A stretch of 62,926 nt of DNA, counting the filler, from Octopus bimaculoides (lineage: Eukaryota): the NCBI RefSeq assembly GCF_001194135.2. It is 7 parts of 7 records of this genome, joined end to end, with 100 filler letters (N's around TTAATTAATTAA, not from the genome) between each part and the next. Parts side by side here need not be neighbours in the genome. Positions count along the whole stretch, not along the records: positions 34,980 to 41,936 come from NC_068997.1; positions 42,037 to 50,687 come from NW_026410670.1; positions 50,788 to 57,219 come from NC_068984.1; 4 more parts are not named here. One strand, given 5' to 3'. The first letter of the stretch is position 1, and each line of letters begins with the position of its first letter. Shown in pieces: positions 37,948 through 52,247 of the stretch. The notes beneath the pieces were generated by a model. It did no database searches, was not told where the DNA came from, and saw nothing but the letters and a program-made list of their open reading frames with translations. The translations under genes and the position numbers were made by a program.

Positions 37948-38948
37948 TTCAGTTGAATTAGGTACTTAAGTTGAAGCACTTCGTTAGGTCGGAATAATAT
38001 ACACACACAACAATATTATGTAAATACCAATCATGGTTCAGAAGTACTGGCAAAATGATATTCTTGCAGTGCATGCAGACAATTTGACCCAACTGAGTAT
38101 ATAATTCGCTCTTTAGCTATTCAGACATGTATGTTTTATTAAATATACAGTCCATGATATACATCAGAATTTGCTAGAAAGGTGAATAAAGTATAAACAG
38201 GTAACAATTGAAGGACAGGTGTCAATTCATTACGGCCAAATGATTTAGCATAGTTTAAATCTATGGAGCAAAACATTTTCAATGATTCTGCTACTATTTC
38301 AGTTGAAAGAATGGATTTACCAAAATAATGTAGATTTAATCAGATCAGAGAAATTTAGAGGTTAATCGGGTTTTTACAAGGGGAAAGGAATAAGCGACTT
38401 CCAGTGACTCAATGTATGTATAAATGTATGTATGTATGTGAGTGTGGGGGGCGTGTATATGTGTGTGTGTGTGTGTGGACGTGTATATGTGTGTGTGTAC
38501 TTACATGCATATACACACACACATGCATGCACATGCATATATATCGTTGCTATTATGCAAAAGTGTCGTAAGCTCAAAACGTTGCTTTTTCTGAAAATGA
38601 AAAAAATAGTTTCATCATTGCATTTCTTTTTACATTGACAGCAGTCTCAGCTTAACAACAATACTTTGTTGCGTGCATAAAATCATAACTCCATGAATGT
38701 ATGAAATTTTCAGTCAGAAATATTTTTGCAAAACTGTCATATGTTGGGTTTACTACACTTTTGAAAAATGCTAAAAACTTTGTACTATACTTTGACAATT
38801 TTCATCTCAAACAGCTGGGAGATACGATAGCTTGGCTAAAAGAAGCGGCTATTGCAAGCAAAATTAAATATTAAAAAAAAAGAAATCATTTGGCCAAATT
38901 TGCACATACAACAGTCTAACATATTAGCAACGATATATATGTGTATGC

Positions 38949-38990
<42 letters not shown>

Positions 38991-39257
38991 NNNNNNNNNN
39001 NNNNNNNNNNNNNNNNNNNNNNNNNNNNNNNNNNNNNNNNNNNNNNNNNNNNNNNNNNNNNNNNNNNNNNNNNNNNNNNNNNNNNNNNNNNNNNNNNNNN
39101 NNNNNNNNNNNNNNNNNNNNNNNNNNNNNNNNNNNNNNNNNNNNNNNNNNNNNNNNNNNNNNNNNNNNNNNNNNNNNNNNNNNNNNNNNNNNNNNNNNNN
39201 NNNNNNNNNNNNNNNNNNNNNNNNNNNNNNNNNNNNNNNNNNNNNATATGTGTATGC

Positions 39258-39323
<66 letters not shown>

Positions 39324-40334
39324 ATATATATATGCATATGCAAGTACACACATTCACATGCCCACACACACATATAGGTACGTGTGTTGTATGTTATGGA
39401 AAGGCGAGCTGGTAACCTGGATACAATGCCTCGCAACATTTCATTCGTCTTTACGTTCTGTGCTCAAATTCTGCCGAGGTCGACTTTGCCTTTCATCCTT
39501 TCGAGGATCGATGAAATAATAAGTACCAGCTGAGCAATGGGGTCGACTGAACGCCGAACCAAGTGGTTGTGAAACAACCATCTTACCACACATACACGCC
39601 TGCACCTACTACACACATACATACATACATACATACATACGTGTGCCTCTGTGTGTGTGTGTGTGTGTAACATAACTTCAGCAAGATATGATTCCTAAGT
39701 GTCGTCTACTCTAATCCGGACCTAATTTCATAACGTATCATTTTACACCGGTCAATTTGTTGTAACACGAGGCGATTGTTTAGCAGATAACGAGACTAAC
39801 AGGCGCCATTTTAATAGTTCACGCGTTTATTGTTGTTGTTGATGGTGATGATATTGTTGTTGCAATTGATGCCGTTGATGTTGTAATTTTTGTTGTTGTA
39901 CAAGTTGTTGTTGTTCTAATATTAAAGATGTGGCTAATATTGTAGTAGGGTTGTGAGCGTTCAGAATCGTTAACACGTCGGACAAAATGTTCAGCGGCAT
40001 TTCTCACGGCTTTTTACATCCTGAGTTCAAATTTTGCTGAGACTGACTTTACCTTCTGTTTTCTCAGGGTCGATAAAATAAGGTACCGGCTGAACACCGA
40101 TAAGTCGAAGTAATCGACTCGTCCCTTGTCCTCAGAATTGCTGGTCTTGAACCCTGCAACAGATCGGCGTCCCATTCAAAGGGATCGTTGTTATTTCGGT
40201 ACTTGTACGCCATGGAAACCTGACAACCGGTCGATTGATTGATTGTTTGAATTGATTATATGCATATTACATCGCCTTCCCTCCTTAGTACAAATACCAA
40301 CACACATTCACATACACACACATCAATATGCCTA

Positions 40335-40387
<53 letters not shown>

Positions 40388-41160
40388 ATATATATATATA
40401 TATATATACACACACATACATGCACACATTTACCGATAGAATGAGTATCAGGCTTTAGAAAATATAGTGGGATCGATTCATTCAACTAAGAATTCTTCAA
40501 GGCGGTGCTCTAGCATGGCCACAATCTAATGACTGAAACAGATAAGATTTAGAAAAAGCATTTTGTGTATATTACAATGTAAAACATGAAGGATGAATAA
40601 GACATATTACGATGAGTAAGACACGTACTCCATTTTAGAACACTAAACTTTTTTGTTTGTTTCGGAGCTCAGAAATTCCGTCTTTACTTGTGTTTCAATC
40701 TCTCACGTCTACCAATGAATCATCTTTCTTTCTTTCTTTCTTTCTCAAGTGTCGTCCTTTATAGGGTGTTTTCAGGCTCAGAATTGCAAGCTAATAAAAC
40801 ACTTGAAAATTACTAACTATTCATACTACTAATCCTGCAACAATGAACAGTAACTCACATCGACTTGCTCACTCACCCCCAAATTTCGGGCCTTGTGCTT
40901 ATAGTAGAAAGAAATACGATGTCATGTGATTTTGTGTAAAAAATGTCTGGTTCACATTGAGTTTAAGTAAATCTTACGTAAGTTCTGCAGGAGATGTTTT
41001 TAGAAGATGACCTCTTGCTAAGAAATACATATTAGCTCATTGGGGACGATAAAGTAAGTACCAGTTGAGCACGGTGTCGATGTAAATCGACTTCGCTACT
41101 CCTCAAAATTGCTGGAATTGTTACTCCTCAAAGTTGCTAAAGTTAGAAAGAATTATTATA

Positions 41161-41760
41161 ACTAGCAAGATCTCCTCCGTGCGGTCTTTCTTCTGGTCGC
41201 AAAATGATATTTACACAATTAAATTAATTCCCAATTTGTGTAACTTTACTTGGATGTTACATCTAATTTTCCTTTGTATCTTTTATTCGTCTAACCATAC
41301 TCACTCGCAAGCTAAATATTTCTTTCAATATTTTATCACCGTAGACCTTCCATTATCACACTACCAAGTTTGCCATCAACCCTTCCTTCCTTATTCATCT
41401 ATCACCTCTTCCTTTCTCATTCATATGTTATGACGGAGAAATACACGAGTATTATCGTAGAAGATATGGATGGTAAATCAAATTAATACACTTGTCAATG
41501 TTCACATACATTCACATACTTCCTTTGTACATGCACACACATACACACATGTACTCAGTTGAAATGCTGTTTGATTTTTCTTTTTCAGCGTTGAACGTTC
41601 ACCACCCCATTTCAATTGCACACAAACATCTCCCTTTTACATACACATATACTCATACAATTGAAACGCTGATTGTTTTTCACCCTTTCCTTCGTTATTC
41701 ATCTATCACGCTTCCTTTCTCATATGTTGTGACGGAGAAAAACAAGATATATGACGAGCT
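41161..41760 (-). mobile_element. Fragments of the Helitron-like family seen at 14638-15285
   Basis: Shared blocks CCTTCCTTATTCATCTATCACCTCTTCCTTTCTCATTCAT and GTTGAAAxGCTGTTTGATT. Begins with ACTAG. Confidence 0.5.
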
Positions 41761-41936
41761 CTTTGCCACTTCCTTTCTCTCATTACAATTACTTTCTCTC
41801 ATTCCCTCTCAGTCAGGGCTATTACTCTCACTACTTCTCCTTCACTGAATTACTATTTTCTTTCCTCTCCCTTCACTTATTCTACTCTTCCTCCTACTCC
41901 GTCCAGCGTGATTTTGGACAAATATATATATATATA

Positions 41937-42036
41937 NNNNNNNNNNNNNNNNNNNNNNNNNNNNNNNNNNNNNNNNNNNNTTAATTAATTAANNNNNNNN
42001 NNNNNNNNNNNNNNNNNNNNNNNNNNNNNNNNNNNN
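41937..42036. other. Artificial 100-bp join
   Basis: TTAATTAATTAA at 41981-41992. Confidence 0.95.
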
Positions 42037-42070
<34 letters not shown>

Positions 42071-42169
42071 GTATGTATATAAATATGTGTGTATGTGTAT
42101 ATTGATAGATAAATATATATAGATAGATATGACAGGCTTGCACACAGTTACTGTCTACCAAATTCCATT

Positions 42170-42423
42170 CCCTCCTATACTCTTTTTTCTTTTATCATTT
42201 TTCTTGTTTCGGTCATTGGACTGCAGTCATACTGGGGCATTGCTTTGAAGAATTTGAAGAATTGAAGAATGAATCCAACCCCAGCACTTATTTTTTAAAG
42301 CCTGATACTTATTCTATCAGTTTCTTTTACTGAACCACTAAGCTATGGGGTGGTAAACAATCCAACACCAGTTGTGAAACAGTGGTGAGGAACATAGATA
42401 CAAAGACATATACACACACACAT

Positions 42424-42490
<67 letters not shown>

Positions 42491-42840
42491 NNNNNNNNNN
42501 NNNNNNNNNNNNNNNNNNNNNNNNNNNNNNNNNNNNNNNNNNNNNNNNNNNNNNNNNNNNNNNNNNNNNNNNNNNNNNNNNNNNNNNNNNNNNNNNNNNN
42601 NNNNNNNNNNNNNNNNNNNNNNNNNNNNNNNNNNNNNNNNNNNNNNNNNNNNNNNNNNNNNNNNNNNNNNNNNNNNNNNNNNNNNNNNNNNNNNNNNNNN
42701 NNNNNNNNNNNNNNNNNNNNNNNNNNNNNNNNNNNNNNAAGGCTTATAGTAGAAGGCATTTACCCAAGATGCCACATAATGGGACTGAACCTGGAACCAT
42801 GTGGTTGGGGAAGCAAGCTTCTTACCACACAGTAACATCT
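42170..42840 (-). mobile_element. SINE family A interrupted by a microsatellite and a gap
   Basis: Tail at ~42190-42390 and head at ~42740-42840 on the minus strand. Confidence 0.7.
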
Positions 42841-43480
42841 GTACCTGAATGTGCGAAAACAATTAAGACAGAACAGAACTGAATGATTACGCAGCAAACT
42901 TAAATACACTTCTGTTTGCATCTAGGAAGAAGAGGAAGGATGGTGGTGGCGGCAGTGGTGGTGGTGGTGGTCGTGGTGGTGGTGGTGGTGGTGGTTTTCC
43001 CCAGTCTGTTCTTGAAACTTTTTCCCACCAAGAATTTATTCACCTGCAGACAATATTTTAAGTTTCCTATTTGACAAGGAATGTAAAATATTGTTGCATT
43101 GAGTCAAGATATCATATTTCTCAGTGAAGAATGGGCTGCATTTCTTTTGATCAAAGTGAAGTAACTTAAAGAATTGCAAGATATGTTTTTACTCCCTTAC
43201 TCAATCATCATCATCATTGTTTAACGTCCGATTTCCATGCTAGCATGGGTTGGACAATTTGATTGAGGACTGGTGGACCAGGAGGCGACACCAGGCTCCA
43301 ATCTGATTTGGCAGAGTTTCTACAGCTGGATGTTAAAAGTGCAGAAATTTTAAATTTTCTTTATAGTTCCATAATTTTATTTCCATTCCTGTTGGATCCT
43401 GCTTATCTGTCCACAACAGCTTTTTTCCGATTTGGCTGCAACCATTTTCTCTATTTCCATGCCCAGGATGGAGCAATAGT

Positions 43481-43612
43481 TTAGCTGAACTTAGAGAATG
43501 CATTCAGCTAGCAGTGCAGGAGGTAACACCTGAAAATGTTTCAAAATGTGCTGAGGATAGGTTTGAAATTTGCAGGGATACAGACAGAGCACATGTTGAA
43601 AATATTCAATAA
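43481..43612 (+). mobile_element. Tc1/mariner transposase C-terminal fragment
   Basis: LAELRECIQLAVQEVTPENVSKCAEDRFEICRDTDRAHVENIQ* resembles the ELRxRI...ITPE...RLxxCxxxxGxHVE terminus. Confidence 0.55.
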
Positions 43613-45070
43613 AGTTTTCACATAAGATTTATAAATATATTTGTTTCAGAATCATAATTAAATAATAAACATAAAATTCTGATTGTTGTTTTCTTTTCTT
43701 TCTTAATTTAGCCAATTCCAAAGAAACAGATAGTAAATTTTGGGACATCACATATTATGACAACCTTGCTTCTAATCTCAGTCAGAACTGGCACAAATGG
43801 CTCAGGAGTCCAGGCACAGGATCAAATAGTACTAAAGGAGGTCAGGCCTCAGAGGCTTAAGTCCTAAACAAGTACTGTTAGAAACATCTATGTCAGTCGA
43901 CAACCTTGCTCTAGATTCTATAATAGGAATTACAACAGACAAGTAATGCTGCCTGCCACACCCTGTCCTCGTATTAATTGCAATAACAAGCACAGATTTG
44001 TACACTAGTTTCTTTTGTTGTTCCACAAATTCCACTACAATTTCCAATAATTAAATTATTGATTCCTGACCGAGATACAATACCCACATTCTCCGGGGCG
44101 GGAGGATAGAGTCAGTATTTTTTATTGCATCATAGAGTATGTGTGTGTGTGTGTGTGTGTGTGTNNNNNNNNNNNNNNNNNNNNNNNNNNNNNNNNNNNN
44201 NNNNNNNNNNNNNNNNNNNNNNNNNNNNNNNNNNNNNNNNNNNNNNNNNNNNNNNNNNNNNNNNNNNNNNNNNNNNNNNNNNNNNNNNNNNNNNNNNNNN
44301 NNNNNNNNNNNNNNNNNNNNNNNNNNNNNNNNNNNNNNNNNNNNNNNNNNNNNNNNNNNNNNNNNNNNNNNNNNNNNNNNNNNNNNNNNNNNNNNNNNNN
44401 NNNNNNNNNNNNNNNNNNNNNNNNNNNNNNNNNNNNNNNNNNNNNNNNNNNNNNNNNNNNNNNNNNNNNNNNNNNNNNNNNNNNNNNNNNNNNNNNNNNN
44501 NNNNNNNNNNNNNNNNNNNNNNNNNNNNNNNNNNNNNNNNNNNNNNNNNNNNNNNNNNNNNNNNNNNNNNNNNNNNNNNNNNNNNNNNNNNNNNNNNNNN
44601 NNNNNNNNNNNNNNNNNNNNNNNNNNNNNNNNNNNNNNNNNNNNNNNNNNNNNNNNNNNNNNNNNNNNNNNNNNNNNNNNNNNNNNNNNNNNNNNNNNNN
44701 NNNNNNNNNNNNNNNNNNNNNNNNNNNNNNNNNNNNNNNNNNNNNNNNNNNNNNNNNNNNNNNNNNNNNNNNNNNNNNNNNNNNNNNNNNNNNNNNNNNN
44801 NNNNNNNNNNNNNNNNNNNNNNNNNNNNNNNNNNNNNNNNNNNNNNNNGTGATAATGATGATGACGAGGGGGAGGAGAATAATGTTGATGATATTGATGA
44901 GTAAGGGGAGGAGGAGGACAATAATGATGATGAGAAGGTGGATCATGATGACAATGAAGATAAAGAGGAGGAGAGGGAGAGGATGGTAATGAGGAAGAAG
45001 GGGAAGAGAAGAATGATGAGGATGAAACGAATATGTGAGAGTGTATGAATGTATGTATAAATGCACGCGT

Positions 45071-45108
<38 letters not shown>

Positions 45109-45966
45109 CCACCCACCCACCCCACACACACACAGAGCCACACACGCACACTAACAGAGTAGCCATTCAATCTTGTGGAAGGAGAGAAGCCAGACAATGT
45201 CAATTCCATTTCTCAACAATAATTATGAACAGGAAAAGCTGACGAACAATTTTAATTACCAATACGTTAAGTGGTCTGTGGTATCCACTCTCCCAAACTG
45301 AAGTAGAAACTCTTCACACAATGATGGTGGTGGGGGGTTGTAACGTAGCTGTGTTGGGGTGTCGAGTGGCATGATGCAATATGGTTAGTGTGTGGTCTAG
45401 GGTGCATAAGTGGTGCGCAGTTTAATAAGTTTAGGTGTAACTATCATCATCATCATCATCACCATCATGTTCATTATCATCATTATTTAACAACCGTGAT
45501 TTCATCCTTGCACAGGTCGGTTGGACGCCCTTCCTGTTGCCAACCCTCTTCCTTATGGACAGATGTTCTTGCAGAATATTGGAAATGAATGACACTGCAT
45601 CTATACATATATATATATCTACACACACATACACATAGGCTTGGATGTAGTAAGTTACTTGCTTTCCAACCACAGGATTCCAGATTCAGTCCCACTGCAT
45701 GACACCTTGGGCAAATATCTTCTACAATAGCCCTGGGCCAACCAAAATCTTGTGAGTGGATTTAGCAGCCAGAAACAGAAAAAAGAAGCCCATTCTATAT
45801 ATATATATAAATTGTAAATCCAAAAGAAAAAAATAACAACAAAACTACAAAGGATTCCGCGGTACACGTGTTTCAAGCTCTACATGTGTATAATATAATA
45901 TAACATAATATAATATAACATAATATAATATGTGTATAATCTACAATGTAAAGCTATCTTCAGCCG

Positions 45967-46020
<54 letters not shown>

Positions 46021-46092
46021 CTCTTCCTTCAGGCTGGATAGCCACATACCGCCTTTACAGCAGCACAACTGCTTCTGTCCTCATTTTTGATC

Positions 46093-46143
<51 letters not shown>

Positions 46144-46284
46144 GGCTGAGTAACCATGTTCCTCCTCTACAGCAAGATGCCTGTTTCTGCCTCTCTATTT
46201 ATCACACTCAAACTTTTTATCATCGGACACAAGATCACCTCCTCCAATGCCCCCTCCTCTCTCAAAAGATTTTTGCCTTGCAAC

Positions 46285-46595
46285 TTACTCGGTGACCATG
46301 CCAGTGTTGGTGCCACATAAAAAGCATCCAGTCTACACTGCAAAGTGGTTGGTGTTTGGAAGAGCATCCAGGTGCATAAACCATGCCAAAACTGTCCTCA
46401 CCTATGCTTGTGCCACGTAAAAAGCATTCTGTCCATTCTGCTGGGTGGCTGGTGTTGGGAAGGGCAGCCAACCATAAACACCCTGCCAAAACAGACAAAG
46501 AAGTTTGGTACAGGCTCCTGCTTGGCCAGCTCCTGTCAAACTGTCCAACTCATGCCAGCATGGAAGGTGGATGTTAAACGGTGATGGTGATGGTG
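46285..46595 (+). mobile_element. RTE-tail repeat
   Basis: GGTGCCACATAAAAAGCA...CATGCCAGCATGGAAGG...(GAT/GGT) tail. Confidence 0.7.
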
Positions 46596-48678
46596 ACGAT
46601 GATGACAGTGTATGTGTGTGTGTGAGAGAGAGAGAGTGTTTGTCCTGTACCACTGCTTGGCAACTGATGTTGATGTGTTTAAGTTCCTCTAACTTAGCAG
46701 CTCAGCAAAAGAGCCCGATAAAATAAGTACCACACTTTACACAAGACAATAAGTATTGAAGTCAATACAGTCAACTAAAAATTCTTCAAGGCAATGCTCC
46801 AGCATGGCCGCAGTCCAATGACTGAAACAAGTAAAAGGTAGAAAAATAAAAGATGTTGAAGTATGTTAAGCGTTAGAGAAGGAAACTTGCTTGTTTGTTT
46901 GCAATGAAATATTAGCATGGCCCCTAATTGACCATTTTGCTTGTGTGGACTGCTAGAAAGGTCTTATATGGACCCCGCCCCTAGGGGTAATATGGACTCG
47001 GGTTAAGAGCCACGGTTTTAAATCAGCTAGATTGTCATGGCTGGAACATCTGTAATCGTAAGTCTACTTGATCAAGGTACAACAGCAGTAGCAGTGCAAC
47101 ATTGCTGCAATATTACCAGCACCACCACAACAACACCAACAACAACACTATCAAACAAACAGCAACACCCACCCCCTTCCCCCTCCTCCAACTGCCAGCC
47201 CTTTCAAACTCCACCCCTTCTAACATTCCGAGTTCCACCCCACCTCCACCCCACCCACTCCCCGTGTACGGTAATATGCAAAGTAAGCACCAATATTGTC
47301 TCTGATAAAAAAAATAATAAATCCCCAAACCTAATTAGTGCATTACTGACGACATCTACTAATTAACCTTTTTCCAAAACACTTGCACTTCTCCTCCCCC
47401 TGCTCCTCCTTTGCACCTCACCATGAAATCAAGAAATATAATCTTCGGAGGTGCCACAACAGAGATGAGGCGGTGCCACTTGTTACCAACCCTTCTCCTC
47501 CTACTCCTCCACTACCACCACCACCATCAGCATTGCAGTCACCACAACTCCTGCTCGTGCTACCATTGTCTCCACCACCACCTCTACTGTCACCACCACC
47601 ACCATCCCCCACCACCCTCATTAGGCACATTAACCATTCCAGATGGCTCCAGGCTAACTCTGACTTCTTATTCCCAACATAACTCCATGAGTTTCTTCCA
47701 ATACATTTACTGTTTTCCGTTGTTTTTCCTTAATTTTTTCTTTTTTCTTTTTTCTTTTGTAATTTGTGATTTTATTGACTTGTTTCATAGTTTTATTGTT
47801 TTGTTGTTTTTTATTCTTGAAGGAAAGTGTGTGTTTCAAAGTTGTTGTTTTGTTTTTTTTATTTTGTTTTGATTGTTGTTTTTGTTTTTTCTTCGGTAAT
47901 TGAGATAGAAGTGTTTGTTATTGTTGTGCCTTTCCTGTTTCTGTTGATGATGATGACGATGATGATGATGATGGTAGTCATAGTAATGATGTTAATGTCG
48001 TTGATGTTGATATTGATGACAATGATGATGCTGTTGTTGATAATGATGATGATAATGACAACAACAATGATGATGATGATGATGGCAACAATGTTCTTAA
48101 TGATGTTGGTGGTGATGGTGCTTATGATGATGATGATGATGACAATGTTATTGATGATGCTGGTGATGATGTTGCTTTGTTGTTGTTAAGGAAGACACGA
48201 TGATGATGATGATTATGATGATGGTATTGGTGTCGGTAGTGATGATGATGATGCTGCTGTTGTCGGGAATGATAATGATGACGACAATGATGATGATGAT
48301 GATGNNNNNNNNNNNNNNNNNNNNNNNNNNNNNNNNNNNNNNNNNNNNNNNNNNNNNNNNNNNNNNNNNNNNNNNNNNNNNNNNNNNNNNNNNNNNNNNN
48401 NNNNNNNNNNNNNNNNNNNNNNNNNNNNNNNNNNNNNNNNNNNNNNNNNNNNNNNNNNNNNNNNNNNNNNNNNNNNNNNNNNNNNNNNNNNNNNNNNNNN
48501 NNNNNNNNNNNNNNNNNNNNNNNNNNNNNNNNNNNNNNNNNNNNGATGATGATGAAGACATTAATTTTGTGAGAAGTAATGTATTTATTGGATTAGCACT
48601 GAGTGTGGTGAGTTCTTCATAGTGCAAAGAGCAAAGATGGTGGTGGTAGTAGCGGTGGAGGTGTATATAAAAATGTGT

Positions 48679-48908
48679 TATTTCTTTACTACCCACAAGG
48701 GGCTACACGGAGGGGACAAACAAGGACAGACAAATGGATTAAGTCGATAAGATCGACCCCAGTGTGTAACTGGTACTTATTTAATCGACTCCGAAAGGAT
48801 GGAAGGCAAAGTGGAGCTCGGCGGAATTTGAACTCAGAACGTAGCGGCAGACGAAATATCGCTAAGCATTTCGCCCGGCGTGCTAATGATTCTGCCAGCT
48901 CGCTGCCG
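48679..48908 (-). mobile_element. SINE family B with 15-bp target-site duplication
   Basis: TATATAAAAATGTGT at both 48664-48678 and 48909-48923. Confidence 0.9.
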
Positions 48909-50687
48909 TATATAAAAATGTGTGTGTGTGTGTTATTGTTGCCTTGACTTTTTTGGGAAAGTTGTAAAAATGTGTCCAGTGAGTGGTGTCCTTCATTTTT
49001 AATCTTCTTTAAAGACATGTCTGACCACAGAGACATGTCTGACCACAGAGACTTGTCTGACCTTGCTTGGAACCAGGGAAGAGTTGGTGGCAGGAAAAGT
49101 CAGCCAGCCGTAGAGACTCTGCATCAAGAAATACAGCCTGACCCATGCAAGCAGGGAAAAATGGTGTTAAAATGATGATGATGGGGGTGGTGCTGATGAT
49201 GATGATGATGGTGGGGGTTGTGGTGATGATGATGATGGTGATGGGAATGATGAGGATGATGATTATAATGGTGATGTTGATGATGATAATAAGGATGACA
49301 GTGATGGAGATAACAGTGTTGATAATGATGGGGATGTTGATGATGTTGAGGGGGGGGGCCAATGATGATGATGATGATGATAATGATGCCGATGATAGAG
49401 ATGGTGGTGATGATGACAATGACGATGATGACAATGATAATGATGATGATGATGACAGTGACAACAATGATGACGATTGTGGGGTGTTGTTATTGAATAG
49501 CTAACGACGTTGTTCTTGTTGTTATTGTACTATTATTGCTGAACACTTAACATTGATGNNNNNNNNNNNNNNNNNNNNNNNNNNNNNNNNNNNNNNNNNN
49601 NNNNNNNNNNNNNNNNNNNNNNNNNNNNNNNNNNNNNNNNNNNNNNNNNNNNNNNNNNNNNNNNNNNNNNNNNNNNNNNNNNNNNNNNNNNNNNNNNNNN
49701 NNNNNNNNNNNNNNNNNNNNNNNNNNNNNNNNNNNNNNNNNNNNNNNNNNNNNNNNNNNNNNNNNNNNNNNNNNNNNNNNNNNNNNNNNNNNNNNNNNNN
49801 NNNNNNNNNNNNNNNNNNNNNNNNNNNNNNNNNNNNNNNNNNNNNNNNNNNNNNNNNNNNNNNNNNNNNNNNNNNNNNNNNNNNNNNNNNNNNNNNNNNN
49901 NNNNNNNNNNNNNNNNNNNNNNNNGATGGTGGTGATGGTAGTGGTGGTGGTGTTCATGGTAATGGCAATGGTTATAGTAGCAGTAATGGTGGTGGTGGTA
50001 GTTGTGGTGGTGGTGGTGGTGGTGGTGGTGGCAGTGATGGTTGTGATGAGGAGGTTGTGATGGGGCAGGTTGTGATGGTTGAGGTGGTGGCAATGATCAT
50101 TGTGGTGGTGGTGGTTGTGGTAGTAGTGGTGGTCATGGTAATGGCAATGGTTGTAGTAGCAGTGATGGTAGTGGTGGTCGTGGTGGTGGTCGTGGTCGTG
50201 GTAATGGCAATGGTTGTAGTAGCAGTGATGGTAGTGGTGGTGGTGGTGGTGGTAGTAGTGGTGGTCATGGTAATGGTGGTAGTAGCAGTGGTGGTGGTGG
50301 TGGTCGTGTATTCATTTCCATATATTAAAACAATAAAACAATTGTCTTTTCCATCAACGGCAGACAAACGTTAAGGCAAAGTCAACCATGTTGAAACAGA
50401 CACCAAACACCATCCTCCCCCACTACCACCACCACAACAACAACAACAACAACTGTTACAATAACAATAACAATAAAAACAACAATAAAACTAATGAGAA
50501 GCAACAAGAAGAATGACAATCACAACAAACTACTCCGACAACAACAACAACAATCTCACCTTTCCTCATCTCTGTTATTTAAGAATATGCTAAAGACACC
50601 TCGGAAACAAACACAGCTTCCTTCCTTTCCACTATACACTCCCTCTTTGACCCCAACCTCTATCTATCTAACTATATATCTATCTGC

Positions 50688-50787
50688 NNNNNNNNNNNNN
50701 NNNNNNNNNNNNNNNNNNNNNNNNNNNNNNNTTAATTAATTAANNNNNNNNNNNNNNNNNNNNNNNNNNNNNNNNNNNNNNNNNNNN
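50688..50787. other. Artificial 100-bp join
   Basis: TTAATTAATTAA at 50732-50743. Confidence 0.95.
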
Positions 50788-51240
50788 TATACATATATAT
50801 ATATACATACATATATATATATGTATATACATATATATATGCATACATACCTACATATGTATAGTTACATTATACATATATGTGTGTATATATATATATG
50901 GGGTGGGGGAGTATGTATATGTATTTGTGAGTGAGGGTCAATGTACATACAATTTTTTAGTAAAAGGCAATAATTTTTACCATTGAAATTTTAACTGTGA
51001 CTTCGAAGCTTTGGTTAACCAGCCGTCATGAGATGGTGGTTTACATTGGGTTTTCTGGCTTTATATAGTCCTCTTGTTCTTCTCAGTACTTTTTTCCTAC
51101 AACACCGCTCCTCTCTGCTTAAATAATATCTCATTTCCATTCACATTACTCTCTATACCAAAACATACACTGCCAATAATGATATAAGACAAGAAACACC
51201 CAAATAATCTACAGCTTGATGACGTAGATAGATAGATAGG

Positions 51241-51304
<64 letters not shown>

Positions 51305-51366
51305 GAGAGAGACAGAGAGAGAGAGAGAGAGAAAGAGATAGATGGATGGATATACACACACAAGTC

Positions 51367-51570
51367 TACAAAGACATCCTGTGGCATTTGCTTTGTTCAG
51401 TACGTGGGAAGAGATGGGAGATGTGACGCTGGACAAATTGTGGCTGCTTCACCACGACAATGCACCTTTCCACAACACCCTGAGCACTTAGAAGTTTGTG
51501 GCCGAGAAAAACATCACCGTACTGGAACAACCTCCCAATTCACCTGGTTATGTTCCGTGTGATTTTTTTG
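51367..51570 (+). mobile_element. mariner transposase catalytic fragment
   Basis: YKDILWHLLCSVR, then after a frameshift WLLHHDNAPFH...VLEQPPNSPGYVPCDFF. Confidence 0.8.
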
Positions 51571-52009
51571 TGGGAGGTTTAACAAAAGAAACCAATAAAT
51601 AAATAGAAGCCTTCAAAAATATCTTTCGAAGCGGTACCCTAGCTTGACCGCAGTCCGATGACTGTAATAAAATAATCAGTAGTAGTAGTAGTAGTGGTGG
51701 TGGTGGTGGTGGTGGTGGTGGTGNNNNNNNNNNNNNNNNNNNNNNNNNNNNNNNNNNNNNNNNNNNNNNNNNNNNNNNNNNNNNNNNNNNNNNNNNNNNN
51801 NNNNNNNNNNNNNNNNNNNNNNNNNNNNNNNNNNNNNNNNNNNNNNNNNNNNNNNNNNNNNNNNNNNNNNNNNNNNNNNNNNNNNNNNNNNNNNNNNNNN
51901 NNNNNNNNNNNNNNNNNNNNNNNNNNNNNNNNNNNNNNNNNNNNNNNNNNNNNNNNNNNNNNNNNNNNNNNNNNNNNNNNNNNNNNNNNNNNNNNNNNNN
52001 NNNNNGGTG

Positions 52010-52041
<32 letters not shown>

Positions 52042-52054
52042 GGTGGTGGTGGTG

Positions 52055-52094
<40 letters not shown>

Positions 52095-52247
52095 TAGTAG
52101 TAGTAGTAGTCATAACTACAACAACAAAAACAACAAAGCAAACAGAAGAAATTAGGTACTGGATGTTCACGAAACAGCTCAATAGAGAAAACGTTAGAAT
52201 AAAGATATAAAGATCCCGACCTTAATACTGGGCTTCGGTATCGGGAC

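Noticed and set aside
38936-39310. Direct repeat ATATGTGTATGCATGTATATA on both sides of a gap
   Set aside because: It is the typical signature of the same read end placed on both sides of an unresolved (TA)n gap.
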